A stretch of DNA of 64,000 bases from positions 2,368,001-2,432,000 of the forward strand of contig OZ271918.1 of assembly GCA_965602015.1 (NCBI GenBank). The letters are read 5' to 3'. Within the stretch, counting starts at the first letter, position 1, and each line of letters opens with the position of its first letter. The DNA comes from Salinispira sp. GTDB taxonomy: Bacteria; Spirochaetota; Spirochaetia; DSM-27196; Salinispiraceae. The notes below the pieces were generated by a model. The model searched no databases, was not told the origin of the DNA, and saw only the letters and a list, made by a program, of their open reading frames with translations. The position numbers and the translations under genes are program-made. This document shows, one piece after another, positions 53,058 through 60,333 of the stretch.

Positions 53058-53999
53058 TTAATTGCTCCCCACCAGATCGAGGTAAAAATCAAAATCGACG
53101 CCCATCTGCTCCTCAAAAATTTCGCCAAGGCGGCCGTTGTCGAGGCTGTAGGCTACGAATTTTTCGATGATCGAGGCAAGGGTCCCGTTGTCCTGGGCAA
53201 CGCCCCAGCCCACAGTAACCAGACTGAGAATGAGGGGAGATGTTTCCAGACCTTCCATTTGCGTCATACCCTGAGCGAGGAAAATCGATCCATCAATCGT
53301 GTAATCGGAAAAACCTTCGCGAAGCAGGGAGAAAACGTCCGCACCCTCCTGGTACTCCTGAAGATCAATATCAAGGTTGTGCTCCCGGGCTATAGAGCTG
53401 AGAATATTCGTCTGGAATCCTCCGGGCCGCACGGCGAAGCTGGCCCCGTCGAGATCGGCAAACTCCAGCACCGATGAAGCATCATTGCCGATGAGCACAA
53501 TTCCCACGGGAAAAAGGCTCACCATGGTCATTAGCCGCTGACGCCATTCGTTGATTGCAAGCGGTCCCGACAGTATCTCAACCCGGCTGAATATATCAGG
53601 AGTATAGCTGATGTCGGGGTCTGCAATAAGAGCCGCCTGATCGAACTCACCGTCCCTCATGAAGTACTCAACTAGCTCGTCTGCCACATACACGTCGGCT
53701 TCAAGTTCCAGGGCCTCCACCAGGGCCAGGGCGAAATGATAATCGAACCCCGAGATGCTCCCGTCATCCGCTCGCTGATACGAGTACTCCTGGTTGATAA
53801 TTGCCAGGGGAAGACTACCGTCCAAACCGGCGATATACCCGAGCTCCATGTCTGTCAGTCGATCGAGAAACTGCTCCGGCATTTCCTCTGCAGGGATGGC
53901 GGCGGGGCCGACGGGCTGAGTGGATGTTCTGTCGCCGCATGCGAGTATTCCCAGGAGGGCTATGATTACTAAAACTGTGACCGTCGGAATTCTATTCAT
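53058..53999 (-). CDS. Substrate-binding lipoprotein (family 3-like)
   Basis: Lipobox GILAC; SGFDY, DLDG..AV..G, two-lobed SBP pattern. Confidence 0.7.
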   Translation of the reverse strand: MNRIPTVTVLVIIALLGILACGDRTSTQPVGPAAIPAEEMPEQFLDRLTDMELGYIAGLDGSLPLAIINQEYSYQRADDGSISGFDYHFALALVEALELEADVYVADELVEYFMRDGEFDQAALIADPDISYTPDIFSRVEILSGPLAINEWRQRLMTMVSLFPVGIVLIGNDASSVLEFADLDGASFAVRPGGFQTNILSSIAREHNLDIDLQEYQEGADVFSLLREGFSDYTIDGSIFLAQGMTQMEGLETSPLILSLVTVGWGVAQDNGTLASIIEKFVAYSLDNGRLGEIFEEQMGVDFDFYLDLVGSN

Positions 54000-54079
54000 A
54001 AGCGACCTCGTTCAGCGATTGTTTGTTTACCAGTATACAAAAAGCTGCGAAGAAAGTCGGCCTGTGGGGGATAAATTCG

Positions 54080-54227
54080 CAGTGCCCCTAAAACAGCTGA
54101 TTTACGGGCCGCAAATACCTACAGCAGAAACAGAAACCAGAGTTTGGCGATGTCTTCAATGGAAGGGAGGCAATTTCTGACCTGCTAAGCGATTAGATGA
54201 TTTAAATCAGCTGTTTTGGGGGCACTG
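54080..54227. repeat. Dispersed inverted-repeat element, copy 3 (148 bp)
   Basis: CAGTGCCCCTAAAACAGCTGATT at 54080-54102 and AATCAGCTGTTTTGGGGGCACTG at 54205-54227; between divergent genes. Confidence 0.9.
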
Positions 54228-54236
54228 CGTAAAGAT

Positions 54237-54265
54237 TTGACGGGAACCGTCGGCAGTTATACAAT
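54237..54265 (+). promoter_or_regulatory. Sigma70 promoter of the SDR gene (probably leaderless)
   Basis: TTGACG-17-TACAAT ending 8 nt before ATG 54274. Confidence 0.7.
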
Positions 54266-54273
54266 CCTCCATC

Positions 54274-55074
54274 ATGACAGTGTGGATTACCGGTGCCAGT
54301 TCCGGAATAGGCAGGGCCCTGGCGGCTGAATACTGCTCTAAAGGCTGGAAGGTTGTTGTTTCATCCCGTAACATTAGTGCATTGGAAGATTTGCGGCGCG
54401 AAATGTGGGAAAGGTACCCGGATTCTCCAAAGCTGGAGATAGTCGGACTTGATTACCGCAAGCATGCCGATTTCCCCGCTACGGTGGAGCGGGTTTTTGA
54501 GATACTCGCTGACCAATCTGGCCTCGACCTGGTTATTCTCAATGCCGGTATCAGTCAGCGAAGCCTTTTCAGGGAGACTGAGCACAGTGTCCTTCGCGAC
54601 ATTCTTAGTGTCGACCTTGAAGCTCCCATGCTTCTTACCAAGGCCCTGCTACCTCGCTTGATTCGTCAGGGTGGAGGCCGGATTGCCGCGATGGGCTCTC
54701 TTGCGGGATACATCGCCGCACCAATTCGAAGCGCCTACGCGGCAGCAAAGCACGGACTGCACGGGTTCTTTAAAACCCTTGCCGTTGAGGAACGGAAGAA
54801 CGGAATCCGTATTAGCATAATTGTTCCCGGTTTTGTGAAAAGTGATATATCGCTTCATGCCTTGTCGGGTGACGGAAGCCCCTGGAACCGCAGGGAATCC
54901 GAAATCCATGGGGGCCAAAACGCGGAAGCGGCAGCACGGCGCATCGCCAAGGGTATCTCACGAGGACGGCTGTTTATCCACACAGGCTACAACGTAGAGC
55001 TGCGTACAGCGAGATTACTCGGCCGATACTTTCCTGCCCTCTTTGCCCGGGTGATTCAGTCCCGGCTTCCTTGA
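54274..55074 (+). CDS. Short-chain dehydrogenase/reductase
   Basis: TGASSGIG, LNAG, YAAAK. Confidence 0.92.
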   Translation: MTVWITGASSGIGRALAAEYCSKGWKVVVSSRNISALEDLRREMWERYPDSPKLEIVGLDYRKHADFPATVERVFEILADQSGLDLVILNAGISQRSLFRETEHSVLRDILSVDLEAPMLLTKALLPRLIRQGGGRIAAMGSLAGYIAAPIRSAYAAAKHGLHGFFKTLAVEERKNGIRISIIVPGFVKSDISLHALSGDGSPWNRRESEIHGGQNAEAAARRIAKGISRGRLFIHTGYNVELRTARLLGRYFPALFARVIQSRLP

Positions 55075-55114
55075 GAATCCCGGGACCAAATTTAAGAATC
55101 CATGTTGGCTAACC

Positions 55115-56362
55115 CTAGCCGAGAATGCGGCGGGTCTCTTCGAATGATTCACGGGCGGCATCGAATGTTCGGGCAAAATCTTCATCGCTGTGCGCATAGG
55201 AAATGAACCAGTTGTGATGGGGGTGAACAAAAATACCCCGCTCGGCCATGCGGGCAGCCCACACCTGATTGTGGTACAGATCCGGATCATGGGCAAAGCG
55301 CATGAACGGTATGGCCGGGGGTCCGCTGACGATGATTTGGTAGCCGCTGGCTGAGGCTGCCAGCTTGAGTCCCTCGGCGAAATATCGTCCCCGCTCCTGC
55401 AGCTTTTCCACCACCTGATTATCCTTTAAAAACTGCAAGGTTTTCAAAGCGGCTATAATCGGCCCCGAGGACATCCAGAATGTGCCGGTGATAAAGAATC
55501 CCCCGGCGGTTTTTCGCAGCTGATTACGACCCATCAACACCGCAAGGGGATAGCCGTTGGCCACCGCCTTTCCCATGCAAATCATATCGGGCTCGGCATT
55601 AAAATGACGGTGCGAACCGCCGTAATCAAGCCGGAAATTCGCCCTGATATCATCCATTATAAAGAGAGCCCCCTCTCGTCGGCACAGGCTTTCCACCTTT
55701 GGATACCAGCCTTCGCCGGGCATCTGGGAGTCGACGAACACCGCATGGTGATACGGTGTGAGAATCACCGCGGCGATCTGTCCCCTGAGCTCGTAAAACA
55801 GTTCTTTCAGGCTCTCGGGGTCGCCGTATGTGAATGTTCGGACCTCGCTTTTATCCCGCAGGATGGGAAAATCATTTGATGAGCACCAGTTTGCGGCGCC
55901 ATGGTAGGCGCCTTCGGCCATGAGAACATAGGGTTTTCCGCTGTGCACCCGGGCCAGAGAAACTGCGAGGGTTGTTGCGTCGCTGCCGTTTTTCGCAAAG
56001 ACCGCCCAGTCCATCCCCGCAATGTCGGCACAAAGAAGCTCGGCAAGGTCGACCATTTCCGGAGGGGGGCAGGGTAGGAGGTCGCCCTGCCCTATCTGAT
56101 TAAGGGCAGCTTCATCGACCTCAGGGTTCCCATAACCAATAATCTGAGAACCGAATCCGCACATATAATCAATGTACTCATTGCCGTCGGCATCCCACAC
56201 CTTCGAGCCCCTTCCCCGGGAAAAGAAATAGGGGTACTCGCCAGAAACCAGGAAACCGGGGTTTTTAGAACCGTAGATACCCGAGGGAATCACCTTGGCA
56301 GCGCGACTGAACAAGTCCGCGCTTTTTTTATATCTATCCCCTGGGGGACCGTTTTTACTCAT
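55115..56362 (-). CDS. Class III PLP aminotransferase, glutamate-1-semialdehyde aminomutase-like
   Basis: GSKVWDADGNEYIDY, NGSDAT, YHG, PDMICMGKAVANGYP. Confidence 0.88.
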   Translation of the reverse strand: MSKNGPPGDRYKKSADLFSRAAKVIPSGIYGSKNPGFLVSGEYPYFFSRGRGSKVWDADGNEYIDYMCGFGSQIIGYGNPEVDEAALNQIGQGDLLPCPPPEMVDLAELLCADIAGMDWAVFAKNGSDATTLAVSLARVHSGKPYVLMAEGAYHGAANWCSSNDFPILRDKSEVRTFTYGDPESLKELFYELRGQIAAVILTPYHHAVFVDSQMPGEGWYPKVESLCRREGALFIMDDIRANFRLDYGGSHRHFNAEPDMICMGKAVANGYPLAVLMGRNQLRKTAGGFFITGTFWMSSGPIIAALKTLQFLKDNQVVEKLQERGRYFAEGLKLAASASGYQIIVSGPPAIPFMRFAHDPDLYHNQVWAARMAERGIFVHPHHNWFISYAHSDEDFARTFDAARESFEETRRILG

Positions 56363-56366
56363 CGTC

Positions 56367-57236
56367 TTATTCCTTCCTGATGCCGCCGGCGTTCATAATC
56401 TCAGAAAACCGATCAAGCAGGGGAAATATTCCCTGAATATAGGGTATTTTGCCGCGTATCTTCACCTGTCCCGAACCAAGAGCCTCCATGGCAGGCAAAA
56501 GTCCGCGCAAAACCTCACCGGCGGTATGAAGGTCTTCAAAGTGTAAAAGCGCCGTGGCTCGTTGGCTGCCCGGGATAATAGCCTCGCGTTCCGAGCCTCG
56601 GTGATAGCTCATGTTCAGGCCGTGACGCCCTTCGCTCCGGACGATATAACCACAAAAGGCCGGATTTTCTTCATGTCCGGCACGCACCTCAAGAACTCCC
56701 AAGGGCAGCCGGCGGGATTTGCTTGCGGTCCAGGGATCATGAAGTCCCACTTCACACACGCCTCTCAGGGCGGCGGTGAGCAGCATTTTTGTCTGAAGGG
56801 TATACTCCGGTCCCCCGACTGGAAACGATCCGCTCATTATTCGGGATATTTCAGCGCTTGCCCGAGAAAAAAATCCAATAACCTGAAGGGCTTTGATACC
56901 AGTTGGTATTGGGAGCACCGGGGCATTCCGGCCCGAGAGTTTCTGCACCATACCATCAGCTGTAATAAAATTGAGAATGGCGGCGGGGAAAAATGCACTA
57001 TGGTTGGAAAGCTCCAGTACCGGCAAAGTGTTGCCGGACCGGCGGCGCGGCCACCCGAGGTAAAGGCGGCGGTGCACCGAGCCTCCCCGGAGTGACAAGC
57101 CTGCAGGTCTAGAAGGGGGCCGTAGATCGGCAAAGCCCTCTGGGTGGAGGTCCGCCAGGGCTGGAAGGAGGGAACAGATTACGCCGGATCTCACTGCGGC
57201 AATCAGGGTACTGTCGGGGATTTTCTGATTTCTCAC
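56367..57236 (-). CDS. Hypothetical protein with possible SCP2-like C-terminus
   Basis: 289-aa ORF ending 4 bp before the aminotransferase; C-terminal L.F...LRG..PAMEALGSGQVKIRG pattern. Confidence 0.55.
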   Translation of the reverse strand: MRNQKIPDSTLIAAVRSGVICSLLPALADLHPEGFADLRPPSRPAGLSLRGGSVHRRLYLGWPRRRSGNTLPVLELSNHSAFFPAAILNFITADGMVQKLSGRNAPVLPIPTGIKALQVIGFFSRASAEISRIMSGSFPVGGPEYTLQTKMLLTAALRGVCEVGLHDPWTASKSRRLPLGVLEVRAGHEENPAFCGYIVRSEGRHGLNMSYHRGSEREAIIPGSQRATALLHFEDLHTAGEVLRGLLPAMEALGSGQVKIRGKIPYIQGIFPLLDRFSEIMNAGGIRKE

Positions 57237-57335
57237 CTGGGCATCCTCGTGGTTGCCGAACTATAGCACGAATGTTTGGAAGCTGGACAGAATAAAAAAA
57301 GGTGGGGAAGGAAGCTCTCCGCGTGATTGCCTGGC

Positions 57336-57358
57336 CAGTGCCCCGAAAACAGCTGATT
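57336..57358. repeat. Solo arm of the dispersed inverted-repeat element
   Basis: CAGTGCCCCGAAAACAGCTGATT, one mismatch to consensus; no partner arm at the expected distance. Confidence 0.85.
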
Positions 57359-57389
57359 TGCGTACCGCAAAGCACCGGGTGGGAAACTC

Positions 57390-58367
57390 TCAGGAAGCTT
57401 CTTTTATTTTGCTTCCCGAGCCACCATCTGATGACAAGAGTTTTTGACGCAGGTGTAAAATCATCTGGTCGGCGGTTTCCTTCAAGGGATAGGCGGGTTT
57501 CCAGCCCCACTCTCTTCGGGCCAGGGAATCGTCGATAAACCTCGGCCAGTTGTTTACGATTTCCTGCCGGAAATCCGGTTCGTACTCGACCTTCAAATCC
57601 GGCACGTGACGGGTTACTTCGGCGGCAATATCGGCGCAGCTCGCCGAAAAGCCTGAAATATTGTAGGTCGAACGGCTAAGCGCCTGAGCCGAAGCATCCA
57701 TGAGCATAGTTATTGAACCGATAACATCGTCCATGTACATAAACGGCAAAACCGTATCGGCTGAGACAAAGCTTCGGTAATTCCGGTGCAGCAAGGCATC
57801 CCGGAAAATTTCGACGGCATAGTCGGTGCTGCCTCCGCCGGGATCGGTTTTCCAGGAAATAACGCCGGGGAAGCGCAGGGACCGGACATCCAGATCATAG
57901 CGAGTGCGATAATAGTCGAATAACCTTTCAGCGCTTACCTTGGTGACGCCGTACATGGTGGCAGGCCGGAGGGGTGCGTCATCATCTGTGTGGTTACGGT
58001 TAATCCCGTCTCCAAAAACCGCAATGGAGGACGGAGAGAAGACCTTTGATATGCCGTGCTCCCTGGCGGCCTCGAGTACGTTATAGGTCCCGTCCATATT
58101 GACCCGATATGCGAGCTGGGGATTTTTTTCCCCGGTTCCCGAGAGTATAGCTGCAAGGTGATATATCTCGGAGATATTGTGGCGGGATATTATTTCATCG
58201 AGTGCTTTTCGGTCGGTAACGTCGAGGGCTTCGCGATGTTGGGCGCCGCGTAGTCTTTTTACATCGATATCGCTGCATACCACCGATTCAGCGCCGAAGC
58301 GCCGAATCAAATCAGCAGTCAGCTCGCTTCCGATCTGACCACCGGCTCCGGTAATGAGAATATTCAT
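57390..58367 (-). CDS. NAD-dependent epimerase/dehydratase family, L-threonine 3-dehydrogenase-like
   Basis: GAGGQIGSEL, HLAAILS..GEKNP, PSSIAVFG, MYGVTK, PGGGSTDYAVEIF. Confidence 0.85.
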   Translation of the reverse strand: MNILITGAGGQIGSELTADLIRRFGAESVVCSDIDVKRLRGAQHREALDVTDRKALDEIISRHNISEIYHLAAILSGTGEKNPQLAYRVNMDGTYNVLEAAREHGISKVFSPSSIAVFGDGINRNHTDDDAPLRPATMYGVTKVSAERLFDYYRTRYDLDVRSLRFPGVISWKTDPGGGSTDYAVEIFRDALLHRNYRSFVSADTVLPFMYMDDVIGSITMLMDASAQALSRSTYNISGFSASCADIAAEVTRHVPDLKVEYEPDFRQEIVNNWPRFIDDSLARREWGWKPAYPLKETADQMILHLRQKLLSSDGGSGSKIKEAS

Positions 58368-58423
58368 AGCGCCTCCCAGCCTCTGCGGCGGCTCTTCCCG
58401 TGGCTGCCGGATACCGCAATAGA

Positions 58424-58495
58424 GTTCAATATATTGTACGCCAAATGTATCTCCCGGCGGGGCACTTGTCAAGTCATGTATACAATATATTGAAC
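58424..58495. promoter_or_regulatory. Paired palindromic operators and divergent promoters
   Basis: GTTCAATATATTGTA (58424-58438) and its exact inverse TACAATATATTGAAC (58481-58495) flank a minus-strand TTGACA-17-TACATT promoter. Confidence 0.75.
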
Positions 58496-58514
58496 ATCTG
58501 CTATACTCCGCATC

Positions 58515-59159
58515 ATGATATCAGGTAATAATGTGATGGAATCCAATAGCGTACCCGACGTTGCAAGCCGCATCCGCAGTCTCCGCAAAGAGAAGTCCTT
58601 GAGTCTTGATGAGCTGGCTCTCCGAAGCAACGTTTCAAAATCGATGATTTCTCAAATTGAGGGCAACAAGACAAATCCCACCCTGACGATGATATGGAAG
58701 ATCGCCCAGGGACTCGAAACCACGGTCCAGGAGCTACTGGAAGCTGCGGAGGATTTGCGAGGGGCTCAGCAGAGCGCAGAGGACGGCAGCACTTCGGAAA
58801 TTCTTTTCTCTCACACGAAGAAGGAAAACTTCAATCAGATTACCGCAGACCGGCCCGGCCTGCATTTTCGGGTTCTAACCCCCATGACAAACTCTGAAGA
58901 TTTGGAAATATACCGTATAAGCATACAGCCGGGCAGCGGATTGGAATCTCAGCCCCACAGCCCGGGCACCGAAGAGTATCTCACTCTTATCCGAGGTGAA
59001 CTCGAAGTGGTATCCGGGGAAAACCGGGGAGTCATGCACACCGGAGATTTTATTATGTACAATGCCGATGACCTGCACAGCATGAAGAACATCGGCAGCG
59101 AAACCGCAGAGGTTCACCTGGTGGTGCGCTTCAGAAACGAAGAAGCCAGCGCCGGCTAA
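58515..59159 (+). CDS. XRE-family HTH-cupin transcriptional regulator
   Basis: LSLDELA..VSKSMISQIE..NPT HTH; cupin H..GTEEY..HSM. Confidence 0.9.
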   Translation: MISGNNVMESNSVPDVASRIRSLRKEKSLSLDELALRSNVSKSMISQIEGNKTNPTLTMIWKIAQGLETTVQELLEAAEDLRGAQQSAEDGSTSEILFSHTKKENFNQITADRPGLHFRVLTPMTNSEDLEIYRISIQPGSGLESQPHSPGTEEYLTLIRGELEVVSGENRGVMHTGDFIMYNADDLHSMKNIGSETAEVHLVVRFRNEEASAG

Positions 59160-59229
59160 ACGCCAGCAAACCCCATACCCTACCCGCGCGCTGGCACCGC
59201 CGCCCTACACTGCAGGTTCCCTCCGGGCG

Positions 59230-60264
59230 CTATTGTGCTGCCGCCGCCCTGCGCAGCCGGTCTCTCAGCGCGAGACTGTCAGCGTGTTTCGGTGGCATCC
59301 AGCAGACAGCCTGGGCCGCATTGTGCCGATCGGCCTCCGCAAGAAAGCGGTAGAGCCGGTGGCGGTAATCATCCAGGCTTGCTATCGTCCATAACAGCAA
59401 AGAGCTTTCCCCGATTGCCGCCCTCTGGTCAGCGAATTCCTTCTGCAATTTTTCCGAGGGCATAATAAAAGCCATTGTCCCCTGCGAGTCGTTCTCCCGC
59501 AGAATGAGAGAGAGCTCCGCAGCATTGCTAAAAAGCCGGACAAGGGCCCGAGGGGCGTAATGCCGATACCTGGTACCCGGCGCGGCGGGGGTATCCGCCT
59601 CGGGTTTTTCACCGGGAAGCCGGATTTCAACGTCGCTTCGGACGTCCATGACACAATTTCGAATATCATCGACGCTCAGGCTCCCGAGCCTCAGGACATA
59701 GAGCCGATCGTTTTGAATTCGAATGATGGTGCTCTCCAGGCCCCGAACCGACGGCCCGCCTTCGATGATCGCCGAGACCCGGCCGGCCATCTCTTCCCAG
59801 GCCATGGTAAAGTCCGTCGGGCTCGGGCGTCCCGAGCGGTTAGCCGAAGGCGCGGCGATTCCCCCACCCAGCGCGGTGATTAGCTTGAGGGCAGCCCGTT
59901 CGGAAGGAATTCGCAGGCCGATGGTTGCTTGGCCGGCTGCGGCAGCCTCGGCCCTGGATGGCATTCGGTCGGCAATTACTGTGAGGGGTCCGGGACTGAA
60001 TCGCTTCAAGAGGGCCCGTTCCACCTCGCCGAGGGGATACGCGTATGTTTCAGCCATGGTCATGGAATCCACATGGATGATCAGGGGATTATCCGCCGGG
60101 CGGTTTTTGGCGGCAAACACCTTCCCCACTGCTTCGGCGCTGTCCGCCCGGGCGCCAAGGCCGTAGACCGTTTCGGTGGGAAAAACCACAAGCCGGTCTC
60201 GTTGCAAAAGCCCGGCGGCTGTTTTAATATCCTCATCAGAGGTGCTTAGACGGATCGTGTTCAT
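59230..60264 (-). CDS. sua5: L-threonylcarbamoyladenylate synthase (Sua5/TsaC)
   Basis: FPTETVYGLG, KNRPADNPLIIH, APSANRSG, APGTRYRHYAP. Confidence 0.93.
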   Translation of the reverse strand: MNTIRLSTSDEDIKTAAGLLQRDRLVVFPTETVYGLGARADSAEAVGKVFAAKNRPADNPLIIHVDSMTMAETYAYPLGEVERALLKRFSPGPLTVIADRMPSRAEAAAAGQATIGLRIPSERAALKLITALGGGIAAPSANRSGRPSPTDFTMAWEEMAGRVSAIIEGGPSVRGLESTIIRIQNDRLYVLRLGSLSVDDIRNCVMDVRSDVEIRLPGEKPEADTPAAPGTRYRHYAPRALVRLFSNAAELSLILRENDSQGTMAFIMPSEKLQKEFADQRAAIGESSLLLWTIASLDDYRHRLYRFLAEADRHNAAQAVCWMPPKHADSLALRDRLRRAAAAQ

Positions 60265-60333
60265 CTGAAGGTGACTGTAACACGTAGCCCGCTGCTCCGT
60301 CACATCCGCGCCCCGAAGAAACCGAGGTCAACC

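Noticed and set aside
2995..57358. The 23-bp repeat as a CRISPR repeat
   Set aside because: Copies are inverted pairs about 100 bp apart and dispersed over tens of kb, not a direct repeat-spacer array; no cas genes are present.
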